From: Podarcis filfolensis | Lineage: Eukaryota | Length of the DNA stretch: 64,000 nt | Reading direction: 5' to 3' (one strand) | Assembly (NCBI GenBank): GCA_964270895.1 | Contig: OZ185437.1 | Shown here: in pieces, positions 52,301 to 61,005 of the stretch | Numbering within the stretch: the stretch's first letter is position 1 | Layout of the letters: each line of letters opens with the position of its first letter | The notes under the pieces: generated by a model | Told to the model about the DNA's origin: nothing | Seen by the model: the letters and a program-made list of their open reading frames with translations, nothing else | Databases searched by the model: none | Translations under genes and position numbers: made by a program

Positions 52301-55300
52301 GAGTAGGAGGCATTGGAATGGGGCAAAGAGGTAAACAGGGGCATGAAAGAATCTGCAGAGCAGGAGAGGACAGTGGCTTCATAGTTGGCCGGAAGGTGGA
52401 AAGGGTGCTTAGCAGTAATTTGTGGGAAGAGGACATGCAAGAGATTATCACAGGGGTACCTTGTGTGCAAGGGGGCTTGCACAAAAGGGTGAGAGAAGAC
52501 ATGGGCATGGGAGCAAAGGTGAAAACAGGAGAGCAAAGAGGGACTGCAGAACAGAAGAAAGAAGTGGCTTCAGAAATGGGGTTGGGAAGGTGAATAGTAA
52601 GCTTAGCAGCTGTGTGGATTGGGAAATTAATGTGGGGGGAAGTGGCAGGGGGGCTGGCAAGCAGAGCAAGCAGGGGTGCAGACCCTAGTAATAAAATTAA
52701 GCTTAGGTTTGGATGGATTTCTTATAATAAATGGTTGAGCCTATCAAATCAGATTCTAACTTGCCAATGTACCTAAAGTTGATTTTAAGTATTCTAATAA
52801 AAGTGCCCTTGTCCATTTCGCAAAATATCACACTGGCCATTTTCAAACGAGCAGGCAGAGAAGCAAGCTTGTAAAACAAAAATACCAACATACCTTTCAA
52901 CTTCTGGTCGAAGTGTTTTTTCTCTTTCCAACATAGCAATAATTAGCTTCCCCCACTCTTTCTCTATGTCATTGGGGTGGTAACCTTGAGGAAGCTTGAT
53001 ACGCCCAAATTCTATCCAAACCTTCAAAACAAGGAATGATTACATAAAGCCAAGATAAAAGGAAACAAGACCAGCATTCGAAAATCCATTAAAAAAAAAA
53101 TGGCTTACCTCCAGTAATTTATATAGGTGTTTGATTTTTGATTTCTCTATCTCCTTTGGTGGAATTTCTGTTTCTTTAAATTGTAAATATTGGTTATAAA
53201 GTGCCTAAAGAAAAACAAACAAGCATTGCTGTCATGTCAGAATTGCTGGTCTACTGAAGCTTTTGAAAATCTTTTCATGCCCATAAGTGTGGAACCAGTT
53301 TGTGTGGGTTTACTCACTATTCTAACCAAACCCCTTCTTAGATTTACATTGGGAAGAGGAGAATTAAACCTTGACTTGGCATCCCATGCCTTAAATTCAA
53401 ATGTAATACTGACTATTCCGAGCACAGCAGCTGGCACAGAATTCTGTTCAATTTCTTTCTTCGGCATGTGACTTGACAGTCCAGACCCCAAACTATGAGT
53501 TAGATAGGGCAATGGTTTGTGCAGCCTCAGTTAAAAATTCATCCCAGTGCCTCCAAGCCAGGGGAATCCCCAGTGCTACTCAATACTGACATGGAAGCTG
53601 TACAAGCAGGACTGCGTCTTCTTCCCAAATTTCTAGGAGCCAAAAAGGCACAATGTGTAACTAGCTAAGACCTGGTGAGCTTTTTACCTGCATGGGGTGA
53701 TTGAGGGTCAAAATCTACAAGGTCAGATTTATGGTTTATGGTAAACTTTATTTGAGCTCCTCTGGGAGGAAGGGGGATATATGCATTTAATTAATAAAAC
53801 TAACATGACCAATAGAAGGCTTAGCCTTCTCTCTGACATGCTAGCTTCCCATCAACAGAATGTTTTTATTCTGGGAAGCATTCAATTATGCAACTTGCAC
53901 TACCACCCACACTCCCAGGAAAGCCCTACCAATGCTTTTCTTCTGAATTGATGGATTGTTTCCTAGCTATAAGTGAGGTTGGACTAAGAATCAGTGCTGT
54001 AGCTGGACAGGAGACAGGCTGCATCTGAGGGAAAGAGTTGAGAATTTTTGAGCCCAATATTATGTGCTCCAGCAGTGGCACACAAGGGAATATGAGTAGG
54101 CTGTTGCTAATTTGTATAGGAGTTTGTAAATCATCCTCTAAATAGGTAGGTGATCCCTCTAAAAGAATTAATACAGAATGCACTTTATTCTGTATCTTGA
54201 TAATGTAAACATTACCTTGAGTTCCACAGGATTGTTTGGAAACGCTCTGTCAGTCATCATCGTGGCATGGTGCCTGATCCACTGGATGAGGTAGTTCACC
54301 ATATTCTGGTATTCAACCCACTTGACTTCAACATCCTAGTAAGTAAGTAGGAATAAAGTTCTATCAAAGCATTTTGTAGCACTGGAAGCCTACAGCAACA
54401 GATCTGATGGGCCGCTACGCCAACTCAGAACAGGATAGTGAGTCCTATAGCCATCTCTCTCTCTTGGCCCTTCGTGCTCCTACTGAGTTCCCTGGTTGTA
54501 ATGCTGCAGTGATGGAAGAAGCCCACAATTCAAACCTAGCACAATCCACTTTCTATGCTACTCTTAGTATTCAGATTCTACATCAGCCATATGCTTCTTT
54601 AGCTCTTGGTCCCACAACCCCCAGTTCTTCATATCTCCCTTATCTGTATATCCATCTCCTCCCCATCGCTGCACTGAATACGATGTTTAGGCCCAGCCGT
54701 AATTTCTCCTTTGCTTCTATTCATTTCATGCCCCTACCAACCATGTATCATGAGCTGGCACCTATGTTATGGGGTCAATAAACTGTGCTTTGGGTGTGTA
54801 GGTCTCATGTCTAAGAGATGGGACAACATGCTCGTTCTGGACAGAGTCACACTCCCTCTAAAGGAGAAAGTGAATAGGTCCTCCTGGATAGATCTCTATC
54901 ACTAGAGACACAAGTGTCCCATGTGACTAGGTGTGCCTTTTACCAAAAGGTCAGCTATTCCAACTCCTTGCGATGCAGGAATCCTGCCCACAGCTGTCCC
55001 TGGGTAGGCTCAAACCACCAACCTTCTGATTAACAGCCAGATGCACTGACCCACTGCACCACCTTAGCTTAATCACATCCACCAGTTATGGTGGTTCCTA
55101 GACTGGGATAGTCAGACCAATGTAGTCTATGTACTTGGTAAACTTAGGGCAGGATTGCTGCAATGGACTCTATGTAGGGCTTCCCCTGAGCCTGGTTTTG
55201 GAGCTCCAGCTGGTGCAGAATGTGGTGGTCAGACTGCTGATGGAGGCACATGGCTGATAAAAGGTGACACAATTGTATAATCAGCTGCACAGACTACTCA

Positions 55301-55777
55301 CATATTACCAAGCCAGGTTTGAATGTCCAAATCCCAACAATCAGATAATATCCTCTTTTCTTTACAATTGCCAGTGAAATAAACCCTTCTCCATGACAAG
55401 CTTGTTTTGTATGTGAATGTAGTTTGTAATTGCTAATATTTTACTTACATGTGCACTGATGCCTTCACCACCTTCTGGTACTTTGGGAAATGCATCATAA
55501 AGTGATGACACATAAGTGATTACTGACTTCTCATCAGGCGAGGAGACATCAACATCTAAAACAAGACATGACACAGCTAATGTCCACCATACATACATTA
55601 GAGCGTTACAATTCCAATGCAGTCTGATGCTACGATCTACTAAGGATCCCATTCACAAACTCACCTTCGGGGTCCAGAAGTCTGGCAACACCAAGTTTTT
55701 CTGCTACAAAAAAAGCATGCTCTAAATTTGCAAGGTTGCTTTGAACAGCAACGGTATTCATGTCTATCAGGTCCGGC
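273..55777 (-). CDS. DST: Dystonin / BPAG1 (spectraplakin), partial multi-exon gene; 5' (CH1, first half of CH2) and 3' (spectrin rod, EF-hand/GAR) parts lie outside the window
   Basis: 36 exons with AG acceptors and GT donors (one probable GC) splice in phase. They translate to recognisable CH2, plakin, SH3, coiled-coil rod and plakin-repeat sequences of DST. Confidence 0.98.
1453..1668 (-). CDS. DST: DST b-region exon ([24 protein letters not shown]...[12 protein letters not shown])
   Basis: ttttgtag|TCA...ATG|gtagg; 216 nt. Confidence 0.92.
1800..1945 (+). mobile_element. Degenerate MIR/CORE-like SINE fragment
   Basis: acctcacagggctgatgcaagaataaaatggg resembles the CORE-SINE 3' body. Confidence 0.4.
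2607..2741 (-). CDS. DST: DST b-region exon ([45 protein letters not shown])
   Basis: ttttcag|AAG...GAG|gtaag; 135 nt; spectrin-like helix. Confidence 0.88.
3064..8745 (-). CDS. DST: BPAG1b (muscle-type) giant exon, 1894 aa: N-terminal plakin-repeat domain (about 7590-8745) then a long low-complexity spacer
   Basis: tag|GAG GAT AAA...AGC ATG|gtgagt; 5682 nt, phase 0/0. Start [21 protein letters not shown] resembles the mammalian b-specific domain. Confidence 0.95.
9860..9995 (-). CDS. DST: DST a/b exon ([26 protein letters not shown]...VDEK)
   Basis: aag|A ATG...AAG|gtagt; 136 nt. Confidence 0.94.
10470..10558 (-). CDS. DST: DST a/b exon ([30 protein letters not shown])
   Basis: cag|ATA...AA|gtagg; 89 nt. 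Confidence 0.95.
10845..10920 (-). mobile_element. L2-type LINE 3' tail fragment
   Basis: tttgtataccacccttcatccacagatctcagggcagtttaca resembles lizard L2 tails. Confidence 0.45.
11195..11330. mobile_element. Degenerate palindromic hAT-type MITE
   Basis: Core gaactacaactcccatc...ggttgtagttc inverted repeat shared with the copies at 50978 and 51553. Confidence 0.6.
13079..13106. repeat. (GT)n microsatellite
   Basis: Direct. Confidence 0.95.
14525..14659 (-). CDS. DST: DST a/b-isoform exon ([28 protein letters not shown]...PKKQ)
   Basis: cag|AAG...CAG|gtatt; 135 nt, phase 0; joins the 24530 donor, skipping the e-specific exons. Confidence 0.95.
15203..15208 (-). terminator. Candidate poly(A) signal (AATAAA) for the BPAG1e 3' UTR
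   Basis: First minus-strand AATAAA I found after the stop (about 1.1 kb). Alternatives at 14762-14767 and 14791-14796; ATTAAA at 16301-16306. Confidence 0.4.
15697..15822 (+). mobile_element. tRNA-derived SINE with CR1-like tail
   Basis: gggtttgagccccacgttgggc head and tagatgac...ggtcccttccaactcta tail. Confidence 0.7.
16323..18113 (-). CDS. DST: BPAG1e terminal exon: plakin repeat domains (B and C type, IF-binding tail), ends ...[11 protein letters not shown]
   Basis: Phase-0 acceptor tatttacag|AAT; in-frame TGA upstream at 18170-18168. Contains [25 protein letters not shown] and [13 protein letters not shown] plakin repeats. The ORF-track Met at 18137 is intronic. Confidence 0.95.
   Translation of the reverse strand, partial: NLQNEDLSKISAILEEKQAKEVALIPSEYDNIKFQGLRHDVTAKQLIEVKLLDLSTAEQLHSGKKAIAEVQKNLENFLTKPTAIAGLYIESSKGKVSFASAAKQRIIEKASVLALLEAQAATGFIIDPTAGQKYSVDDSVAKGLVDHEYKSRLLEAEKAVLGYLFSGKKLSVYQAIETRILERQKGKSFIEAQIASGGIIDPVRSVRVRPEVAVQLGLLNNTVLKFIYEHSSNKKVFQNPNNRQAMYYNDLLKLCLLDIGSKCFLLPVGERKITTPSAEKIHKISVVDITTGAEMTSYEAYKKSLIDKSTYLQLSGQEFQWKESTCFDHHGNSYLVLTDLKTRMQFNIDEALADGKVDRMLVSQYKEGQITASELADVLLSNSKPRTDANSPIAGVWLPETNERMPLLKAARKNLVERTTALRCLEAQASTGGIIDPFTGKKYSVAEALQRELIDEASAKHVQQCELVFTGIIHPVTKSVLSAVEAMNTNVLEKEMGIRCLEYQHLTGGLIDPKSHCRLSMEEAIKRGIIDAVTATKMKNDKFYLKGITCPKTKKKLTYKEALDNAVFDCHTGLRLLEAAELISSGISSLYFSSQS
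19228..21915 (-). CDS. DST: BPAG1e-specific coiled-coil rod exon (896 aa; [16 protein letters not shown]...KRLHPLE)
   Basis: cag|ATC...GAG|gtaca; 2688 nt, phase 0/0. E/K/Q-rich heptad sequence resembling the mammalian BP230 rod. Confidence 0.96.
24530..24628 (-). CDS. DST: DST last common plakin exon ([33 protein letters not shown]); branch point between e and a/b isoforms
   Basis: cag|TTT...GAG|gtaac; 99 nt, phase 0. Confidence 0.97.
25442..25648 (-). mobile_element. tRNA-Ala-derived SINE with CR1-like tail
   Basis: gctcagaggtagagtacatgatttgcatg...ggttcaactactggcatctc head; gatagtaccaaactggatgga...ggtctgatttggtataagg tail. Confidence 0.7.
26003..26110 (-). CDS. DST: DST exon ([36 protein letters not shown])
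   Basis: cag|GAC...GAG|gtagt; 108 nt. Confidence 0.97.
26841..27208 (-). mobile_element. Sauria SINE (older copy)
   Basis: Homologous to the copies at 36155 and 63378; aaggtaaagg tail. Confidence 0.9.
27589..27672 (-). CDS. DST: DST exon ([28 protein letters not shown])
   Basis: cag|ATG...AAG|gtaaa; 84 nt. Confidence 0.96.
28145..28307 (-). CDS. DST: DST exon ([27 protein letters not shown]...QLNQQK)
   Basis: cag|G...AAG|gtaaa; 163 nt. Confidence 0.97.
28425..28570 (-). mobile_element. Degenerate CORE/MIR-like SINE
   Basis: ttgcctaaggctacacag...gctacaccac resembles the copy at 45290. Confidence 0.45.
29287..29329. repeat. (AAT)n microsatellite
   Basis: Direct. Confidence 0.95.
29901..29945. 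repeat. (TA)n microsatellite
   Basis: Direct. Confidence 0.95.
31220..31413 (-). CDS. DST: DST exon ([24 protein letters not shown]...VHSQIENR)
   Basis: cag|CAA...AG|gttag; 194 nt. Confidence 0.97.
31860..31990. mobile_element. Degenerate hAT-type MITE (ggactacaacacccatc family)
   Basis: Shares the internal palindrome core with the 50978 copy. Confidence 0.6.
32486..32624 (-). CDS. DST: DST exon ([29 protein letters not shown]...MATLK)
   Basis: cag|G...AAG|gtatt; 139 nt. Confidence 0.96.
32946..33124 (-). CDS. DST: DST exon ([29 protein letters not shown]...SIYIEK)
   Basis: tag|AAA...AA|gtaag; 179 nt. Confidence 0.96.
34143..34300 (-). CDS. DST: DST exon ([35 protein letters not shown]...SEQE)
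   Basis: cag|AG...GAG|gtgag; 158 nt. Confidence 0.97.
36155..36480 (+). mobile_element. Sauria SINE
   Basis: gtgggttaaaccacagagcctaggacttgccgatcagaaggtcggcggttcgaatccc head (A/B boxes); cctttaccttt tail. Confidence 0.93.
36798..36981 (-). CDS. DST: DST exon ([29 protein letters not shown]...LLKSAERE)
   Basis: tag|ATA...G|gtaaa; 184 nt. Confidence 0.97.
37638..37764 (-). CDS. DST: DST exon ([42 protein letters not shown])
   Basis: cag|A...TCG|gtaag; 127 nt. Confidence 0.97.
37942..38096 (-). CDS. DST: DST exon, SH3 ([52 protein letters not shown])
   Basis: cag|ATA...AG|gtaag; 155 nt. Confidence 0.97.
38358..38510 (-). CDS. DST: DST exon, SH3 start ([10 protein letters not shown]...[12 protein letters not shown])
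   Basis: tag|GAA...GAG|gttgg; 153 nt. Confidence 0.96.
39410..39535 (-). CDS. DST: DST exon ([42 protein letters not shown])
   Basis: tag|TTT...ATG|gtagg; 126 nt. Confidence 0.96.
40409..40504 (-). CDS. DST: DST exon ([32 protein letters not shown])
   Basis: aag|GCC...GAG|gtacg; 96 nt. Confidence 0.96.
42669..42773 (-). CDS. DST: DST exon ([35 protein letters not shown])
   Basis: aag|GAA...GAG|gtagg; 105 nt. Confidence 0.96.
42876..43037 (-). CDS. DST: DST exon ([41 protein letters not shown]...DYHA)
   Basis: aag|AAC...GCA|gtaag; 162 nt. Confidence 0.97.
43135..43212 (-). CDS. DST: DST exon ([26 protein letters not shown])
   Basis: cag|ATC...TTG|gtaag; 78 nt. Confidence 0.96.
43249..43310. 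repeat. Compound (GT)n(AT)n microsatellite about 35 nt upstream of a DST acceptor
   Basis: Direct. Confidence 0.95.
43431..43559 (-). CDS. DST: DST exon ([23 protein letters not shown]...KEAKISE)
   Basis: aag|GTG...GAG|gtaca; 129 nt. Confidence 0.96.
43667..44129 (-). CDS. DST: DST exon with S/T/G/P-rich insert ([15 protein letters not shown]...WVDEMQ)
   Basis: cag|G...CAG|gtaac; 463 nt. Confidence 0.97.
45290..45542 (-). mobile_element. Young tRNA-derived CORE-type SINE with (CCT/CTT)n tail
   Basis: Reverse strand gtggtgtagtggttaag (A box), ccgggttcacgtct (B box), gggtgaccttgggccagtcac core. Confidence 0.85.
46607..46761 (-). CDS. DST: DST exon ([30 protein letters not shown]...ADQLVQR)
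   Basis: cag|GAT...AG|gtttg; 155 nt. Confidence 0.96.
48733..48826 (-). CDS. DST: DST exon, first shared by all isoforms ([31 protein letters not shown])
   Basis: tag|G...TCA|gtaagt; 94 nt, phase 2 to 0. Confidence 0.97.
48937..49103 (-). CDS. DST: BPAG1e (epithelial isoform) alternative first coding exon: [56 protein letters not shown]
   Basis: ATG at 49103 and AG|gtaagt donor in phase 2, matching the next exon. Closely resembles the mammalian BP230 N-terminus as I recall it ([30 protein letters not shown]...). Too short for the ORF track. Confidence 0.95.
49227..49233 (-). promoter_or_regulatory. Candidate TATA-like box (TATTTAA) of the BPAG1e internal promoter
   Basis: Minus-strand TATTTAA about 125 nt upstream of the BPAG1e ATG; position only. 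Confidence 0.45.
50978..51113. mobile_element. hAT MITE, 136 bp, TIRs caggcataggcaaa (one mismatch at the 3' end: attTgcctatgcctg), 8-bp TSD GTTTAAAT
   Basis: TSD at 50970-50977 and 51114-51121; near-palindromic body. Confidence 0.92.
51248..51382. other. Assembly gap (135 N)
   Basis: Direct. Confidence 1.
51553..51688. mobile_element. hAT-type MITE, degenerate
   Basis: TIR cagccttt...aaaggctg; cctaac on both flanks. Confidence 0.7.
51700..51945 (-). mobile_element. L2-type LINE 3' end fragment
   Basis: gttttcagcaggcgccgaaaagagtacagtgaaggc followed by an A/T-rich tail. Confidence 0.6.
52894..53021 (-). CDS. DST: DST exon ([43 protein letters not shown])
   Basis: aag|GTT...AG|gtatg; 128 nt, phase 0 to 2. 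Confidence 0.97.
53109..53204 (-). CDS. DST: DST exon ([32 protein letters not shown])
   Basis: tag|GCA...GAG|gtaag; 96 nt. Confidence 0.97.
54216..54335 (-). CDS. DST: DST exon, plakin start ([23 protein letters not shown]...NPVELK)
   Basis: tag|GAT...AAG|gtaat; 120 nt. Confidence 0.97.
54968..55063 (-). mobile_element. tRNA-derived SINE head, related to the 15697 copy
   Basis: Reverse strand ggtggtgcagtggg...ggttggtggtttgagcctaccc...gattcctgcatcgc. Confidence 0.65.
55140..55320 (+). mobile_element. L2 LINE ORF2 C-terminal fragment
   Basis: Translates [29 protein letters not shown], matching the L2 motif DYCN.LY.GLP...LQLVQN.AARL. Confidence 0.8.
55449..55555 (-). CDS. DST: DST exon, CH2 end ([36 protein letters not shown])
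   Basis: tag|AT...CAT|gtaagt; 107 nt, phase 1 to 0. Confidence 0.97.
55665..55777 (-). CDS. DST: DST exon, CH2 ([37 protein letters not shown])
   Basis: cag|G...G|gtgag; 113 nt, phase 2 to 1. Confidence 0.97.
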
Positions 55778-57652
55778 CTGCAAGACAAAATAAACATTTA
55801 AGTTTGATTTTGGAAAATATTGTGGTAGGTGAGATCTTCATTAATTTCAGTGGATGCATTTATGAAGGATACGACTCTTTCGTTGAGTTAGAAGAGGGGA
55901 TTTTCCTCCATACCTGGGATGCAACCTGTTTCAATATTCAGCTTCAGGAAGGAATTTTCCCTCAAATCAAATTATTTGCGAAAAATAGTGGATACCTTGG
56001 TCAGAGTCATTTCAGTTCTTTTCTAAACCCTAACTGTGCAGTCTCATCTCTCTGCTAGGGATAGGGCAAATCTCATGGGGATATTTTATGAAATGAAAGG
56101 GAGTTAAATGTGTTGAGATCCTGTAAAGGGTTGGGCTAACTGCCCTTCATAATAAGAGAAGGCTGCTGGATCATGCCAATGACCCATCTAGTCCAGCACC
56201 TTACTTCCACGAGGTCTGTATAACGCTGCACCAAGAGTTAAATTATTCCTTAGATCTTACATTGTCTGGTCTTCACACAGTCTCTTTTTAACATTCACGA
56301 TTAGAGGAACATCTCTTCTAGAGGTCCACATACTGTCTGAATGTCTCAATATTGGCAAGGTCCATCAATACCACCTCTCAATCAGTTACTCCATCAATAG
56401 CACTATAAGGCTTTAAATTCTTTAAAGACTGATGTCTGGCTAGACTGACTCAGCAAAGCCCACCCCCAGTGGTATAAGTAGCATATCAGCAGCCAGGAAA
56501 TTAAGAAAAACCTAAGGATGTATAGTGTCTCTAGTGAGCACCTAGTAGACCCTGCAAAGCAGTACTCTGTCTGAATGAAAATGTGACCCATAATTCAATC
56601 ATTACCTAAGAGATGGCGCACCAGTGTAGATGATATTATATACAATTACGTTTTAAGCGGCAAAATTAAGGAGTTGATGTTAAGAAAGAGAAGTGAACAT
56701 AAAAAGAGGTAAGTAACCAGTGGTAATTTCAGGGAACAACAGGGGACAAAAGGACTTATTCATTTCCCTGCTAACAGAATTAATGAGATACAAATTCTAG
56801 GATCCATTGAAATCATTCACAGAGTAAACCTGAATTTATTTCGCTCCCCAATTTTGGGTTTACGTTTCGGCAAGTTTCCCTTTGTGTAGAAGACCTATTC
56901 CAATTCCTTAAAACAGAAGAGGGATCTCAAGCAAAACAAAAACTCAGGACTTTAATATCAATAAGCTATTCCCCATGACTTCAGTCTAAAGTTATTGCAA
57001 CAGAGCCCTCTCACCCATTTGAATTTAAAGTGAAATTAATTCCTTCAACTGAAAAGGAAAAACAATAACGTTTTCTACAGATTTAATATGCACATAAAGA
57101 ACTACAAAGAATTGTTAGAAGACTGAACTTGAAAAGCACTAATATTTTGTCACAGTAATGCAGAGGAAAGATTAAGGAGGATTTCACATCATAGCATATA
57201 CTAAGTGAATTGGAAAAACAACATTTATATCTGAAAGCAGATGTCTGCTGTTTTCATTTTGCTGAAATCCACGACATTTCACACATGCCGATAGTAATGA
57301 AGCAAAACGTGAGATGAAAAACACAAAATGATGCCTGTTCAGCTGCTGACTTTTCAGGACAAGAAAGGGCAAGTTGTTATGCAAGCCTTGCCTGTTCATG
57401 GGAAAAGAAAAAACAACAAAACAGAAGCAACGATTTTCTGGCTGAAAACGGGCAGCTAACAAAATTTTCATCCAAGAGGGGGCAAGATTGGATTTTCTTC
57501 ACAACAAAATAATGCTATTAACTGCAAAGGTACTGTAAGTACTTGTGTCACCGATTTCAAACTAATATTTCTTACTCATGGTGCAGCATTCCATATACAC
57601 CAGAGGTAACCACTCTCAGTAAAAGTTGGTTAAAGCAATTCTCAAAAATGTT

Positions 57653-58176
57653 AAAAACCTGAAGCATTTTTGTTAGGGATTGTAGGGAAAGATCTGCCAA
57701 AAAAGCTGAAAAACAGCTTCATGTACACGACAACGGCCGCAAGAGTTTTAATAGCACAAAGATGGAAGACTGAAGAAACCCCAACTAAAGAATCATGGCA
57801 AGAAAAATTGATGGACTATGCAGAACTGGCAAAAGTGACATACAAGCTACGGGACAAGGATAACTGTGACTTTAAAGATGAATGGGAACCCTTTACAAAG
57901 TATTTGAAGACGCAGCAAAGTGAAGTGGACTCCTTGGCTGGCTTTGAATAAACATTCACAAACTTTTTATTGATAATAATCAGCTAAATAGTTTGAGGAT
58001 CTATACAACTGTGTAACATGCAGAAAACAGCATTTTTAGAGAAATCAAAGACTGGAGCTGAGGAAGTCGGGGGGTGGGTTTTGTGGGGGGAGGGACGGGG
58101 AGGGAGGAAAAATGGGGGGGGGGGAATAAGGATGATATGTTTTGTTTTAATTTTGAATTAAAAAAAAGTTTTTAAA
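57653..58176 (+). mobile_element. 5'-truncated L1-clade LINE (ORF2 C-terminus, G-rich 3' UTR, A-rich tail) with 21-bp TSD
   Basis: ORF ...FLLGIVGKDLP..FMYTTTAARVLIAQRWK..WQEKLMDYAELAK resembles non-mammalian L1 ORF2 ends. TSD aaagcaattctcaaaaatgtt at 57632-57652 and 58177-58197. Confidence 0.9.
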
Positions 58177-60864
58177 AAAGCAATTCTCAAAAATGTTTTG
58201 CCAACCAGCTTTTAACATAGTTCTTAAACAAGAGATTGAAACCAAGCTATCACTGGCACTATGTCTGCACCAAGCCTGAGTACGTATGTGTATGTATATA
58301 TATCCCCATGTTCAACATTCACAGAAAAATGCTACCTTGTGCAAATTCTAAAATCTTTCAAATTGTGACATCATGCATACAATAGGAATATTATACTCAA
58401 CAGTGTGCCTCAAGGGATAAATGACCCAGCCTTTAGTCATAACACTGTGAGTCATTCTATGGAAGGGATTTCAGAGAAGCTGGGTATTTGCCACCGAAGG
58501 AAACACTCAAATAACTCAGAAAGAGAGAGAATAATTCATTTGAAAAATTCCCAGCACTACATGTGCCACACCCAAAATAAACTGCTCACTTTCCAAGTAC
58601 ATGGTGTGTTTTTTTCATTTTTACTTCTGAAAAGGACCTTCTTCTGTCAGACGTCTAAACAACATGGAGATAATGTGTTAATTAATTTAATTATGATGGG
58701 GAGCACAGAAAACTCTTTCAGATATTCTCCGAGATTTTTTAGGCTGCTTTCCATAATCACCCTTGTTCTCCCCACTCCAAAAAGCCACCCCTGATGTTTG
58801 GGAGGCCTTCCGTAGTGGAATCTAATGGAGCAGAAGGGGATGGAAATGAAACTGGCCAACAACATTTCAATGTACAGAAGTTTGTATGCATGAGCTATAG
58901 AAGATCCAGGCACAAAAACAGAGGATATAATGCAACTTTAAGACAGACACCAGAGAACAGAGCTGCACAAATCAGTGGTGCTGCCTAAATATATTTTGTT
59001 CTTACAAGATTTTGCTTAGAATGTGCTACAAAGGAGGGGGGAAAGGCTGTAAAAACTGCAACACATCTAAGAATAAAATAAAACTATGGTCTTGCGGCAG
59101 AACCAAGCTAGAGGTTGCTGTGCAAAGGATGCACAAAATTTCTTATGCACATAAGCAAGCAAACTTAAGGCCCTGTTTCTATAAATATATAACATGTTTC
59201 TTCTGGTCTTGTGGTTAAGGAAGAGAAAAGCTTAACTCTTGTCTGGGATCGGAAAACATGCCTCAGCTGCTGTGCTGCACCAAGCTAAAAGGAAAAGCAA
59301 TGCAACTGCAAGTTCTTCTCTAGGAGTAACCTATTTTTGTACAGTTTCGGTAAACTGTGGTTTGCCTTGTTATGATGTGCAAACCAGGCTAGAAAATTCT
59401 CATGTTTTTCATTCCCCCACCCTGAAGTGCAGCTTCTCCCAAACCTGGGTGCTACTTCTAAACTCCCTCAAATTTAATAAGCCGCTTACAATAAAGCACT
59501 GTAAGAGGGAGTTGTTCAGAAAGAAAGGTACACCTTCTGTGCATATACAAACCCAAATTCACATCAAAAATAAGGGATAATTACAATAGATTAACTGCTG
59601 GATCACAAATCTAAGGACAAATTCACAGCAAACACAGGACAACCACAGCAGAAAAAAGCTGGGGATGTTTACAGAGTTTGACCATCACGGATTTGCTGGC
59701 ATATAACCCCAGAATATTCTCAAGCAACCCAACCTGTTTAAATTAGGGTTGCGAATGGGTTTGCAAACCAGCTGGTATTTTATTGCTGCGACCATTATTT
59801 TCTACCAGGTAACCTGTACTAGCTGCTAGAAAAAACCATCAACCTCATAACCAGACAATGATTCCACCCAGACAATGCCCTTGGCTGTACACTTTACCTT
59901 ACTGATTCCATTCTGTGTCTACCTCAAACAGCTAAACTTCTTCAGGTTCTGCCCTGGTTCCACCTGCTGGTATCAAACTATTTTTTGGTTAACAACCCTA
60001 GTTGTGCTTATGGGATTATGGTATCTGGGCAGGGTGATTATGACCTCATCTCACACTTGGTGGATGCTTGGACGTGACAGTCAGAGACCAAAAAGGGGGG
60101 ATAATTCATACTACCATATAGAAATAAGTTTTTCTGCCACTTCAACAAATGAAACTTATGGGCAGCAGTTGTAGGATGGGGGAAAAAATAAAGTATTTCT
60201 TCACACAAGACATATCTGATGTATTGAATTTACCAATATGTGGTAGTGGCCACAAGCTTAGATGGTTTTTGAAGGAAATGCTAGCCATGATGGCTATAAG
60301 GAGCTCCCAAGTTCTTAGGCAGTGGGCTACAGAAAACCAATTGCTGGTGAGCAACAGAGGTTATTGTCTTCAAGCTATGCTTTGACCTTCCCAGGTGTGT
60401 TTTGTTGGCCACTGTAGGAAGCAGGATGGTGTGGCTATGGCTCCTCTTATCTTCTTATAACTTCCATTAAAGCAGAGCTTTCCAAACTGTGAGTCACGAC
60501 GCATTATTGTGTTGGCTGCAGTGTGTAGGTGTGTCACACGATGTGTGTCCTTATCTCCTATAAGGGGTTAGTTTAGCCTCCGGTTTGCTAGTAAAACTGA
60601 ATTACCATTTCGCAAAGTGATGCATGTCTAAAAAGTGCAACACCAACATGAAAAGTTTAGAAAGCTCTGAACTAAAGTTTCACCATCACAGATTTGCAGG
60701 CATATAGTCCAGAATATTCAGAAGCAGCACTTCAAAACAGTGCACCCCACAAAGTATGTCTTAATTGCTTAAATGGAGGGTTTAAGGGGCATAACAAACC
60801 ACCTTAACAGTAAAATTATGCTGCTGCAGGTCACTATTAATTAATTCTTGAAAAGCGAGTAAAC

Positions 60865-61005
60865 TCAAGATTGGATTTGGGGAACCTGTGGCCCTCTAGA
60901 TGCTGTTGTATAATATTCCTGTAATCCTTGAACACTGGCCATGCTGGGGGGGGGCGGTGGGATTTGGGAGTACAACAACTGGATTGCCACATATTCCCCA
61001 TACCT
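60865..61005. mobile_element. Degenerate hAT-type MITE
   Basis: ggggaacctgtggccctctagatg...tattccccatacctg resembles the other copies. Confidence 0.5.

Noticed and set aside
40504-53023. Several AAG acceptors (exons starting at 53021, 43559, 43037, 42773 and 40504)
   Set aside because: Less common than CAG/TAG but canonical; protein homology fixes these boundaries.
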